Part shown: positions 21,918 through 32,977 of the stretch, one piece after another
Position numbering within the stretch: the first letter of the stretch is position 1
How the letters are laid out: the number at the start of each line of letters is the position of its first letter
Origin: an uncultured Verrucomicrobiae bacterium
Lineage (GTDB): Bacteria; Verrucomicrobiota; Verrucomicrobiia; Limisphaerales; AAA164-E04
Length of the DNA: 64,000 nt
Reading direction: 5' to 3'
Assembly: GCA_951813855.1 (NCBI GenBank)
Contig: OX638380.1
Span: 4,685,797-4,749,796 of the forward strand
The notes under the pieces: model-generated
Databases searched by the model: none
What the model was told of the DNA's origin: nothing
What the model saw: only the letters and a program-made list of their open reading frames with translations
Position numbers and translations under genes: made by a program

Positions 21918-23159
21918 TGGTTTCATAATTGGTTAATGGGCGTCCCCGCCAATTCATTGAAATATATGAAAACATTTAATGTTCAATTTTATTCCACTTG
22001 CTCGTACCAAGTGGAAAATGACAAACTGATATTTCCATACTAAGTTCATCAGCCAGTTTTTGTAACTCGGTTTTCCATAATTTATTACGACTACCATTTG
22101 AACCTCCTCCATCAGCTGTAATTAATAGCTTCTTGGCCTTGGGATGTTTTTTTCGTCCCATTGCTAGTCACCATCGACGAATAGTTTCTACCGCAAATTC
22201 CGCAGTATCGTGATCAGTGCCTACACTTACCCAACCCGTATTGGTGTTAATATTAAACACGCCATAGGGATTTGCTTTAGGTAGTTTTGGATCAAAGAAA
22301 TCATGCATTTTGACTAGTTCAGGATTTCCATTCGGATGCCATCCTTTCCCCATATTTTTGTGCTGTCCCACCAATTCCTTTTTTTGGTGTCAACCGAAAT
22401 CACGGGTTAATTTTCCTTCAGGAATTTCCGAGATTTGCGTTCAATATATCGAAATTGCTGGTTTCGATCGGGATGCTGGTTGCCTTCTAGTGTCTTCTGG
22501 TTGCCTTGAAGGCTGTATCCCATTTCATGGAGCAAACGATTTACGGTGCGTTCACTTATCTGATGTCCCATTTCATTTAATTTGGTTTTGATTTGTTCAG
22601 CACTTTTGCAGGTCCAACGTAACGGATTTTCAGGATCATCTCGAGTTTCGGGTTCGATAAGATTATTCAGATCTGACAAAAGAGTCTTGTTGTGTTTGGC
22701 TAATAATTTCCGTCCCCATCCTGCTTTTTTTTGGCGATTTTTCTCCGAAATTGCTCCCGTTTTTAATTCATTAATTCCCGCTCGAATCGTAGTGCGGCTA
22801 GCACCCGTAGCTTCGTGAACTATTTCTATTCCACCCCTACCAATGGCTATTGCCTCGGATGCTAGCCAATGACGCTTAATCAATTCTTGGAAGTTTGGCT
22901 CCAAGCTCAGATATTTTTTTCTGATAACGGCAACCTGATCGCTCACGCTTAATCATATCATACATATTTCATTTTTTCAACCTTTAAAAGTAATTAATTC
23001 TAATTCGTTGGTTGTCAAAGGATTGGAAACTAAGATTTACCGTCATCAAGCCTCTCAAAAACCATTGAATCGACCTAAATGGGTTGATAACTTCCAGCTT
23101 TAAATAAACCATCGAAATCAGTTTTTAGATTACCAGAGAGATTATCCGTCCATTAACAT

Positions 23160-25594
23160 CAGGGATCCTTATGTCTAGTAGGGGAGATTTAGACCGTTTT
23201 GCATAAAAAAAGTTTATATTATCTGGCTTTTTGGCAATTATTCGCCTGCGAACGCTTGCTTTTTCCCGCAAGGTGTGCCATATATAATAATGTGCAAAAT
23301 AGCAAGGCTGCTGAGCGCTTAGAAATATTGGCTCTTCGTAACGAAGCAACCCCCATTGGGGATCGGGTTTTTATCGTCATCGCAAAAGGCATCGTCACCT
23401 GTTTTTGGGATGATCTACCCTTTTTTCGATACGAAGAGAACGATCATCATTCCCGAAACTGGCTCATGGGTCATATCGCGTTTTTCAAGTTAGCTACCCA
23501 GAAACAAATAGCGGAGCAATTCCAAGTCCATCGCAATACCGTTTCTGCCGCTCTCCAGACTTATCGCCGCGGTGACGGAGTTAAAAAGACCCCTCAGATC
23601 AAAGCGAAAAGTTGGACCGCGATTGACGAGGAAACGGGTCGCCGGCTCGGGGAATTGTTGGCCCAGGGAAGATCGATTAGAAGTGCCGCCAAAGCTTGCC
23701 GAGTCAATCACGAAACGGTGCGTCGTTATGTTCATGCCGGCCGAATCCCCGGATTCCAACCGGAGTCGCCACAGCTCGAGCGACCAGCCGCTACCCCGGC
23801 CGAAGCTCGCGAGGATTCCCGTTTGGCAGCGGCTTCGGATCGGACGGAACGAGATCAGAACGACCGCCAGGCCGCCATGGGGATGGGAGCGCAAGACATT
23901 CCAGGACGGGTCGCGGCCAGTATCGGAGAGCAAGCCGGACCCAAGCCGCATTTTTCCGCGGCTCGTGCCGTGAAGCAGGCGGGAGTTTTAGTGGCGTTGC
24001 CGGCGTTGTTGGAAACCGGATTGCTCCGGCATCTCGATCAATTGCCGGAATCAAAAGGCTATTATCGCCCCGCCAACCTCCTCTTGTTTTTGGCATTTAT
24101 GTTTTTGACCCGAGTGTGTTCGGTGGAGCAAATGCGTTATCAATCCCCGGGAGAATGGGGCAAGATTCTGGGGAGCGATCGCAGTCCGGAAGTGACCACC
24201 CTGCGGCGCCGGATTCGTCAGCTGGCGACCTCGAAGGCAATGGACTCCTGGCAATCAAACCTGGCCAAAGACTGGCTCAGCGAGGATCCCGAAGAAACGG
24301 CGACCTTATATCTCGATGGCCATGTCAAAGTGTATCACGGGCGGAAAGGAAACTTGCCCCGCCATTTCGTTTCGCGGCAAAAGCTTTGCCTGCCGGCGGC
24401 CGTCAGCTATTGGCTGCATGCCCTCGGCGGCACGCCCTTGCTCTGCCTGCATCAGCAGATCGACTCGAAAATGATCCAAACCCTGCAGCAAGATATTCTG
24501 CCCCAATTGCGGGAGCTGGGATTGTTGTCCGCCAACTCGCAGGAGCCAGCAAGCTCAACCGTTACTCCGCCGGTTCTGAACTTGATTTTCGACCGGGAAG
24601 GTTGGAGTCCGAAGCTCTTTGGCGAGCTGGCTCGCCAAGGAGTGGCCTGTATCACTTGGCGCAAGGGAAAAGTCCAGCCCTGGTCCGAGCAAGAGTTTGT
24701 GGCGAGGGAAGTAAGGATTCCTGGTCCCTGCGGTTCCGTGATTCGCCGGCTGTCGCTGGCGGAAAAACCCTTGGAGTTGAAAGGCTGGGATATCAAGGCC
24801 CGAGAAATTCGTTGCTTGAGGTCTGACGGACGCCAATCCTCCATTATCACCACCAATAACCAAATGGATATCAACCAAGTGGCGGGGTCGATTCTTTCCC
24901 GCTGGTCGCAGGAAAATTTTTTCCTTTATGCTCGCCGGGAATTCGGATTGGACCATTTGCCGGTCCATGAACTGGAGCCGGTAGATCCCGCCGAGAAGGT
25001 CGTTAATCCCCCCTGGCGACGATTGAAAAAAGCGATCGCCAAGCTCAAAACCGATTAAGGCATTTGACGAGACGAATCGACGCTCAAAGCAAGCCAACCC
25101 AACCAGTCGGAAAACTACAGACCAAAAAGACTGATCTGGCCAAGGAACTTCAAGAGCTATGTCAAACCCAAAAATCACTTCCCGAACATGTGAAGGCGGG
25201 CGATCTTTCACCGTCGGAACAATTGGAAGCGCTGCCGAGACCAGTAAGGCAGTTTTATGATTTGATTCGCATGATTGTTTATCGTGCTGAAACCGCTCTG
25301 ACGCCGTTAGTCAATGGCAACCGTAAAGGGCGTCCCCATTCCAGATCACTCTTGAAATCCGTGTTTAAATCCGAAGCCGATATCCTGCCTGATGAAGCCA
25401 ACGGAGAACTGGTTATCAGGCTGCTGAACCAAAGCAACAAGGCACAGAATCAAGCACTCAAGGAATTACTTGAAACCCTAAACCAAAAAGAAATAAGGTT
25501 TCCTGAAACTAACCTGAAGCTAGTTTATAAATTAGCTGATTGATGAATCTACTAAGTTTGCACAATTTGAACCTGTCAGACACAAGGATCTCTG
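23160..25594 (+). mobile_element. ISx copy 1 (2,435 bp)
   Basis: The TIRs are CAGGGATCCTTATGTCT on the left and CAGAGATCCTTGTGTCT as the reverse complement of the right end. The 5-bp TSD AACAT lies at 23155-23159 and 25595-25599. Confidence 0.9.
23199..25543 (+). pseudogene. ISx transposase, frameshifted copy
   Basis: Track ORFs 23199-25058 and 25064-25543 together equal the intact 780-aa protein of copy 2. A 1-nt deletion in an A-run near 25048 (CTCAAAACC versus CTCAAAAACC) shifts the frame and gives ...KLKTD stop. Confidence 0.85.
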
Positions 25595-27463
25595 AACATG
25601 TCAGAATGAAATTCTGATAAAAGATTTAATCATTTGAACAAATATGTTATTTAGGCGAGAGCCCTAAATACGCCCTTGGGGGGAAATGAGCGATTGATTA
25701 TTCTGCCATTATGCGTTATAATAAGATCTGTGCGCAACAACGGGTATCTGGGTTCGCTTCCTCAAGATTTTCATCCACAAAATCCGACCGTGATCAATGG
25801 CAATATTGCCATGTCATCGCAAGACGGCGTGACTTGTTATTTTGCCGATTTGGAACCGATATTCGTGCATCCCGACGATGATCAGATCTCACGGCGTGCG
25901 ATCATGGGGATGCTTCATGTGGTGAATCAAATTCCTCAGAAACGACTGGCCGAGGTGTTTGGAGTTTATCGCAACACGATATCATCTTCTGCGATTCAGT
26001 ACCGGGACGGCGGATTTAGTTTTTTCTATAAAAAAAAGCCTGGTCGAAGCCGTACGGTTCTGACCCCGAAGGTCATCGAACGAGGAAGTCAATTGTTAGC
26101 CGAGGGAATGAGTCAACGTGGTGCCGCCAAGGTTTTGGGAATCAATTGGGTCACCTTTCATTTGGGTTGCAAAGCGGGGGTGATTAACGTGCCGTTAAAA
26201 TCCGCTGCTTCGACCGAGACACTCGAAACCGGGGAAAAGCCACTCAAGGCTACGGAACGTTCCGAACGGAATAGCAAAGATTTACAGACCTCAATGGGGC
26301 GTGCGGCTCATGACGTCATCGGCCGACACTTGGCCGCTGGGGGAATGCTGGAAGAAGTCAAACCCCATTTCGATCAGGCCCATAAAGCCGTGGAAAACGG
26401 CGGAGTGCTAACCACCTTGCCATGTTTACTTCAAGAAGGATTGCTCAGTGGAGTCAATGAAAATTTGAAACTCTCGAACGGTTATTACGGGGTGACATCG
26501 ATCTTGAATTTTCTCGCCTTTCTGAGTTTGGCCCGGGTGCGGAATCCCGAAGCCCTCCGTTATGAAGCGCCGGGGGAATGGGGTATTATTTTAGGTTTGG
26601 ATCGATGCCCTGAGGTCAAAACCTTGCGAAGGAAGCTTCGTTATCTGTCCGAAAACCAACCGGCCGTTAAAACCTGGCAAACCAACCTGTTCCAGCGCTG
26701 GATAAAACAAACCCCAGACGCCGCCGCGACCCTGTTGGTTGACGGACATTCGAAAGTCTACACCGGTCGTAAAGGCCATCTCCCCAAGCACGATGTCTCG
26801 CGAGCCAAGCTTTGTCTTCCCGCTACGGTGGGTTACTGGCTCAACGCCTTGGGGGGCAGCCCTTTGATGTGCCTGCGTCAAGCTCTCGACCCTCAAATGG
26901 CAGCGATGATCGAACAAGAGATCGTCCCGGAATTGAAGCGGAACGGGAAGTTGGGCAATCCAGCTCCTGACTGGCTTCAGAATCAGCCGCTGGCTCCCTC
27001 GATTACTTTGATCTTCGATCGCGAAGGCTGGTCTCCCCAATTATTTGAGCAACTGGCCAAGGTCGGCATCGCCGTGATTACTTGGACCAAAAATCGGCGC
27101 AGCGAAGATTGGCCATCAAACACTTTCCAAGAAATGGAAGCGCCGATTTATGGCCCAGCGGAAACCCTCTCGAGAAAAGTGTGGTTGGCCGAACAAAGCC
27201 TCCAACTTTCCCCGAGACTGAAGGTCCGGGAAATTAGAAAGCTTACGGCAGATGGCCGGCAATTATCTTTGGTGACTACTCATCCGACTTTGTCGCTGTC
27301 CAAGGTCGCTGGCGCGATGTTGTCACGATGGTCTCAAGAGAACTTCTTCAAGTCTATGCGACAAGAATTCAATTTGGATTCCCTGACCACTCAGAGGCTC
27401 GAAGAAATCGATCCCGAGACTCAAGTCGTCAATCCTCCAGTTCGCCAACTCAAAAAGGAAGTT

Positions 27464-29896
27464 CAGAGATCCTTGTGTCTGACAGGTTCAAATTGTGCAA
27501 ACTTAGTAGATTCATCAATCAGCTAATTTATAAACTAGCTTCAGGTTAGTTTCAGGAAACCTTATTTCTTTTTGGTTTAGGGTTTCAAGTAATTCCTTGA
27601 GTGCTTGATTCTGTGCCTTGTTGCTTTGGTTCAGCAGCCTGATAACCAGTTCTCCGTTGGCTTCATCAGGCAGGATATCGGCTTCGGATTTAAACACGGA
27701 TTTCAAGAGTGATCTGGAATGGGGACGCCCTTTACGGTTGCCATTGACTAACGGCGTCAGAGCGGTTTCAGCACGATAAACAATCATGCGAATCAAATCA
27801 TAAAACTGCCTTACTGGTCTCGGCAGCGCTTCCAATTGTTCCGACGGTGAAAGATCGCCCGCCTTCACATGTTCGGGAAGTGATTTTTGGGTTTGACATA
27901 GCTCTTGAAGTTCCTTGGCCAGATCAGTCTTTTTGGTCTGTAGTTTTCCGACTGGTTGGGTTGGCTTGCTTTGAGCGTCGATTCGTCTCGTCAAATGCCC
28001 TAATCGGTTTTTGAGCTTGGCGATCGCTTTTTTCAATCGTCGCCAGGGGGGATTAACGACCTTCTCGGCGGGATCTACCGGCTCCAGTTCATGGACCGGC
28101 AAATGGTCCAATCCGAATTCCCGGCGAGCATAAAGGAAAAAATTTTCCTGCGACCAGCGGGAAAGAATCGACCCCGCCACTTGGTTGATATCCATTTGGT
28201 TATTGGTGGTGATAATGGAGGATTGGCGTCCGTCAGACCTCAAGCAACGAATTTCTCGGGCCTTGATATCCCAGCCTTTCAACTCCAAGGGTTTTTCCGC
28301 CAGCGACAGCCGGCGAATCACGGAACCGCAGGGACCAGGAATCCTTACTTCCCTCGCCACAAACTCTTGCTCGGACCAGGGCTGGACTTTTCCCTTGCGC
28401 CAAGTGATACAGGCCACTCCTTGGCGAGCCAGCTCGCCAAAGAGCTTCGGACTCCAACCTTCCCGGTCGAAAATCAAGTTCAGAACCGGCGGAGTAACGG
28501 TTGAGCTTGCTGGCTCCTGCGAGTTGGCGGACAACAATCCCAGCTCCCGCAATTGGGGCAGAATATCTTGTTGCAGGGTTTGGATCATTTTCGAGTCGAT
28601 CTGCTGATGCAGGCAGAGCAAGGGCGTGCCGCCGAGGGCATGCAGCCAATAGCTGACGGCCGCCGGCAGGCAAAGCTTTTGCCGCGAAACGAAATGGCGG
28701 GGCAAGTTTCCTTTCCGCCCGTGATACACTTTGACATGGCCATCGAGATATAAGGTCGCCGTTTCTTCGGGATCCTCGCTGAGCCAGTCTTTGGCCAGGT
28801 TTGATTGCCAGGAGTCCATTGCCTTCGAGGTCGCCAGCTGACGAATCCGGCGCCGCAGGGTGGTCACTTCCGGACTGCGATCGCTCCCCAGAATCTTGCC
28901 CCATTCTCCCGGGGATTGATAACGCATTTGCTCCACCGAACACACTCGGGTCAAAAACATAAATGCCAAAAACAAGAGGAGGTTGGCGGGGCGATAATAG
29001 CCTTTTGATTCCGGCAATTGATCGAGATGCCGGAGCAATCCGGTTTCCAACAACGCCGGCAACGCCACTAAAACTCCCGCCTGCTTCACGGCACGAGCCG
29101 CGGAAAAATGCGGCTTGGGTCCGGCTTGCTCTCCGATACTGGCCGCGACCCGTCCTGGAATGTCTTGCGCTCCCATCCCCATGGCGGCCTGGCGGTCGTT
29201 CTGATCTCGTTCCGTCCGATCCGAAGCCGCTGCCAAACGGGAATCCTCGCGAGCTTCGGCCGGGGTAGCGGCTGGTCGCTCGAGCTGTGGCGACTCCGGT
29301 TGGAATCCGGGGATTCGGCCGGCATGAACATAACGACGCACCGTTTCGTGATTGACTCGGCAAGCTTTGGCGGCACTTCTAATCGATCTTCCCTGGGCCA
29401 ACAATTCCCCGAGCCGGCGACCCGTTTCCTCGTCAATCGCGGTCCAACTTTTCGCTTTGATCTGAGGGGTCTTTTTAACTCCGTCACCGCGGCGATAAGT
29501 CTGGAGAGCGGCAGAAACGGTATTGCGATGGACTTGGAATTGCTCCGCTATTTGTTTCTGGGTAGCTAACTTGAAAAACGCGATATGACCCATGAGCCAG
29601 TTTCGGGGATGATCGTTCTCTTCGTATCGAAAAAAGGGTAGATCATCCCAAAAACAGGTGACGATGCCTTTTGCGATGACGATAAAAACCCGATCCCCAA
29701 TGGGGGTTGCTTCGTTACGAAGAGCCAATATTTCTAAGCGCTCAGCAGCCTTGCTATTTTGCACATTATTATATATGGCACACCTTGCGGGAAAAAGCAA
29801 GCGTTCGCAGGCGAATAATTGCCAAAAAGCCAGATAATATGGACTTTTTTTATGCAAAACGGTCTAAATCTCCCCTACTAGACATAAGGATCCCTG
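27464..29896 (-). mobile_element. ISx copy 2 (2,433 bp), inserted in the ISy transposase gene
   Basis: It has the same TIRs as copy 1. The 5-bp TSD AAGTT lies at 27459-27463 and 29897-29901. Confidence 0.9.
27515..29857 (-). CDS. ISx transposase, 780 aa (N-terminal HTH domains plus a DDE/YREK-like C-terminal region)
   Basis: The ORF is intact. HTH-like segments are QKQIAEQFQVHRNTVSAAL and RSIRSAAKACRVNHETVRRYV. The C-terminal SRWSQENFFLYARREFGLD resembles the Y-R-E-K signature of IS4-superfamily transposases. Confidence 0.7.
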   Translation of the reverse strand: MHKKSPYYLAFWQLFACERLLFPARCAIYNNVQNSKAAERLEILALRNEATPIGDRVFIVIAKGIVTCFWDDLPFFRYEENDHPRNWLMGHIAFFKLATQKQIAEQFQVHRNTVSAALQTYRRGDGVKKTPQIKAKSWTAIDEETGRRLGELLAQGRSIRSAAKACRVNHETVRRYVHAGRIPGFQPESPQLERPAATPAEAREDSRLAAASDRTERDQNDRQAAMGMGAQDIPGRVAASIGEQAGPKPHFSAARAVKQAGVLVALPALLETGLLRHLDQLPESKGYYRPANLLLFLAFMFLTRVCSVEQMRYQSPGEWGKILGSDRSPEVTTLRRRIRQLATSKAMDSWQSNLAKDWLSEDPEETATLYLDGHVKVYHGRKGNLPRHFVSRQKLCLPAAVSYWLHALGGTPLLCLHQQIDSKMIQTLQQDILPQLRELGLLSANSQEPASSTVTPPVLNLIFDREGWSPKLFGELARQGVACITWRKGKVQPWSEQEFVAREVRIPGPCGSVIRRLSLAEKPLELKGWDIKAREIRCLRSDGRQSSIITTNNQMDINQVAGSILSRWSQENFFLYARREFGLDHLPVHELEPVDPAEKVVNPPWRRLKKAIAKLKNRLGHLTRRIDAQSKPTQPVGKLQTKKTDLAKELQELCQTQKSLPEHVKAGDLSPSEQLEALPRPVRQFYDLIRMIVYRAETALTPLVNGNRKGRPHSRSLLKSVFKSEADILPDEANGELVIRLLNQSNKAQNQALKELLETLNQKEIRFPETNLKLVYKLAD

Positions 29897-30829
29897 AAGT
29901 TAAGCAAACACAACATCAGTTAGGTCAACTCAGAAATCGACTTGCTGAACCTGCCCTATCAAGTAAGGCGCAGCATTAATCTCAAACGCAATTAGCTCAA
30001 ACCGAAACCGAATTGCAACAACTCAAAGCCCAGCTTAAAGACCTGCCAACGCACATCAAAGCGGGACAGTTATCAGAACCACTTCAAACCTTGCCATCCG
30101 ACGACCGATTGATCTATGAAACGGTACGGATGATCGCCTATCGAACTGAGGTGAGAATGATGAACCCAATTATCATGGCTCAAGGGAAAAAGCGTAATGC
30201 CAGAAAACTGCTTCAGGCTTTATACCAAGCCCAAGCCAACATTATCCCTGAGCAGCGAAACAAGGCATTGCGGGTTCAAGTTCTTGGGCTCGGCTGTCAT
30301 GGTCTCGACCAAGCACTTACCGGATTATTCTCCGAGTTGAATGCCTCTGCCACGACTTATCCCGGCACGAATCTTCAAATGATTTACGAGCTTGCCGGTT
30401 GATATTTATGCATAAAACAAATTTAGCGCATGTCAGGAAGTCTAAAGCTAGAAATAACAACCCCAAAAAATCGCTCGCAACCAGTACCCGGAAACTCTGC
30501 GAGATAACACCTGTAGTTCCCTTATCAATATGGTGCCGGTTCTCATCACTTTAATTTGGGGTTGAGGTGGATCCGTGCAAAACGGAAAACATTGAGTTTT
30601 CGGTGGTCAATAATATTTTTATGAAACTGGACTTTTCTAAATGATCCGAAATTGCTTGATTGGATTCGAGTAGAAATGATCGATAATTTACTGGATTATC
30701 GGCGCTTTTGTTTCCGGTTCTTGATGTCGGAGGGTAATCAGCAATGGTGATATTACCGTTGTTCGGCGCCCTATTTGTAATGATTAGGGCTCTCGCATAT
30801 ATAACTTGAACATTTGATTGTATTTAATT

Positions 30830-31629
30830 TTATTTTTTATTAGGTTTTATCGTATAATTCCATTCACCATGAAAACTATTCTTTTTGATGCTCAATTCAT
30901 GGAATTGTTCATCGCTAATTTTCTTTCCTGTAGGATAGTGGTTTTTGTCCAATTCGCATTCGATTTTCAACCCTGATTTGATTGTGGTATTACCGATCAA
31001 ATCCACTACAGTTTGATGATCGGTTAAAGGACGACCACTCCAATTTTGTGAAATACATGAAAACATTCGATGTTCAATTTTATTCCACTTGCTGGTTCCC
31101 GGTGGGAAATGACAAATCGTAATTGCCAATCCTAATTCATCGGCTAATTTTTGTAATTCACTTTTCCACAACCGATTACGACTGCCATTCGATCCTCCCC
31201 CGTCAGCCATGATCAATAGTCCCTTGGCATCGGAATATATTTTACGTCCCATTGATAACCACCACCGGCGAATAGTTTCTACTGCGAACTCCGCTGTATC
31301 ATGATCAGTTCCCACACTAACCCATCCGGTGTTTTCCTGGACATCATACACGCCATAGGGAAGGCCTTTCGATTGGTTTTTATCGGGAAAGTCATGCATG
31401 TTGACCAGTTCGGGGTCTCCTACGGGCCTCCATTCTCTCCCTGGATTACGATACTGGCCTCTAGGTTTTCCTTTTTCTTGGCATCCACCGAAATCACCGG
31501 TTGATTGGTTTTCTGAAATTCTCGAGTTTTGCGTTCCATAAATTGAAATTGTTGATCTCGGTCAGGATGCTGATTGACTTCCAAGGTCTTTTTGTTGCTT
31601 TGAAGACTATAGCCCATATCATGAAGCAA
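30830..31629 (-). pseudogene. ISAzo13-b transposase, C-terminal two thirds of outer copy P1 (frameshifted)
   Basis: Track ORFs 30830-31399 and 31420-31629 are colinear with the intact copy. The gene is cut at 31657. Confidence 0.8.
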
Positions 31630-31657
31630 TTGATTAACTGACCGTTCACTTACCTTA

Positions 31658-32974
31658 GGGCTCTCGCATATATAACTTGAACATTTGATTGTATTTAATT
31701 TTATTTTTTATTAGGTTCTATCGTATAATTCCATTCACCATGAAAACTATTCTTTTTGATGCTCAATTCTTGGAATTGTTCATCGCTAATTTTCTTTCCT
31801 GTAGGATAGTGGTTTTTGTCCAATTCGCATTCGATTTTCAACCCTGATTTGGTTGTGGTATTACCGATCAAATCCACTACAGTTTGATGATCGGTTAAAG
31901 GACGACCACTCCAATTTTGTGAAATACATGAAAACATTCGATGTTCAATTTTATTCCACTTGCTGGTTCCCGGTGGGAAATGACAAATCGTAATTGCCAA
32001 TTCTAACTCATCGGCTAATTTTTGTAATTCACTTTTCCACAACCGATTACGACTGCCATTCGATCCTCCCCCGTCAGCCATGATCAATAGTTCCTTGGTA
32101 TCGGAATATATTTTACGTCCCATTGATAACCACCACCGGCGAATAGTTTCTACTGCGAACTCCGCTGTATCATGATCAGTTCCCACACTAACCCATCCGG
32201 TGTTTTCCTGGACATCATACACGCCATAGGGAAGGCCTTTCGATTGGTTTTTATCGGGAAAGTCATGCATGTTGACCAGTTCGGGGTCTCCTACGGGCCT
32301 CCATTCTCTCCCTGGATTACGATACTGGCCTATGTTTTCCTTTTTCTTGGCATCCACCGAAATCACCGGTTGATTGGTTTTCTGAAATTCTCGAGTTTTG
32401 CGTTCCATAAATTGAAATTGTTGATCTCGGTCAGGATGCTGATTGCCTTCTAAGGTCTTTTTGTTGCTTTGAAGACTATAGCCCATATCATGAAGCAATT
32501 GATTAACTGACCGTTCACTTACCTTATGTCCTATTCGATTTAATTGTTCTTTTAATCGCAGGGCACTTTTGCAGGTCCATCGCAGTGGATTTTCAGGGTC
32601 TCCTCGAGTCTCTGGTTCAATGAGGGCATCAAGATCTGACAATAAGGTCGGATCGAGTTCTTTTAATGATTTCCGTCCCGCTCCTGTTTTCCGTTGACGT
32701 TCTTCATTGAGAACCTGACCATTTTTAATCTCCTTGATCCCCGATCGAATAGTATTGCGACTGACACCGGTAGCTTCATGAACGCGTTTAATACCACCTC
32801 GACCAAGAGACAAGGCCTCACTGGCTAACCAATTACGTCTTACTCGTTCATTAAAGAGCCAACTCAGTTGGTTGTATTTCTCCCTAATAATTGATGTTTT
32901 TTCATCCACAATGCAACATAGCATAGTTTGAATGATTTTGCAAGTTTTTATTTACTTTATATTTGCGAGCACCC
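31658..32974 (-). mobile_element. ISAzo13-family (type b) element, intact copy (about 1.32 kb)
   Basis: The left end GGGCTCTCGC is at 31658 and the right end GCGAGCACCC is at 32965-32974. It contains an uninterrupted 407-aa transposase gene. Confidence 0.85.
31701..32924 (-). CDS. ISAzo13-family transposase (Rhodopirellula-type DDE domain), 407 aa
   Basis: Motifs are RNWLASEALSLGRGGIKRVHEATGVSRNTI, NPLRWTCKS, VISVDAKKKENIG, GWVSVGTDHDTAEFAVETIRRWW, IMADGGGSNGSRNRLWK and HFPPGTSKWNKIEHRMFS. Confidence 0.85.
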   Translation of the reverse strand: MLCCIVDEKTSIIREKYNQLSWLFNERVRRNWLASEALSLGRGGIKRVHEATGVSRNTIRSGIKEIKNGQVLNEERQRKTGAGRKSLKELDPTLLSDLDALIEPETRGDPENPLRWTCKSALRLKEQLNRIGHKVSERSVNQLLHDMGYSLQSNKKTLEGNQHPDRDQQFQFMERKTREFQKTNQPVISVDAKKKENIGQYRNPGREWRPVGDPELVNMHDFPDKNQSKGLPYGVYDVQENTGWVSVGTDHDTAEFAVETIRRWWLSMGRKIYSDTKELLIMADGGGSNGSRNRLWKSELQKLADELELAITICHFPPGTSKWNKIEHRMFSCISQNWSGRPLTDHQTVVDLIGNTTTKSGLKIECELDKNHYPTGKKISDEQFQELSIKKNSFHGEWNYTIEPNKK

Positions 32975-32977
32975 TAA

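Larger units (their letters stand above)
19764..22946 (-). pseudogene. ISAzo13-family (Rhodopirellula-type DDE) transposase, fragmented
   Basis: Track pieces at 22407-22946, 22168-22374, 21976-22161 and 19764-20033 are colinear with the intact 407-aa homologue at 31701-32924. They are split by frameshifts or stops and by IS copy B. Confidence 0.8.
19691..25664 (-). mobile_element. ISAzo13-family element (type a), inserted in ISy and itself carrying two IS insertions
   Basis: The ends are GGGCTCTCGCC (19691) and GGCGAGAGCCC (25654-25664). It is flanked by TAA at 19688-19690 and 25665-25667. Confidence 0.75.
25676..30402 (+). pseudogene. ISy transposase (ISx paralogue), interrupted
   Basis: The 616-aa track ORF 25676-27526 is colinear with the ISx protein up to ...VNPPVRQLKKEV. 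It is interrupted by ISx copy 2 and resumes at 29897 (KQTQHQLGQLRNRL...). An in-frame TAA lies at 29977-29979. The C-terminus is at 30013-30402. Confidence 0.8.
19623..30444 (+). mobile_element. ISy: ~2.4-kb IS related to ISx, expanded to 10.8 kb by nested insertions
   Basis: The TIRs are CAGACTTCCTGACACG on the left and TAGACTTCCTGACATG as the reverse complement of the right end. The 5-bp TSD AAGCT lies at 19618-19622 and 30445-30449. Removing the nested elements leaves about 2,407 bp. Confidence 0.8.

Noticed and set aside
23696-24826. A 376-aa alternate-frame ORF lies inside ISx, also at 28233-29363 in copy 2.
   Set aside because: It is R/G/S/P-rich and off-frame relative to the recognisable transposase frame. 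Its presence in both copies only reflects their near-identity.
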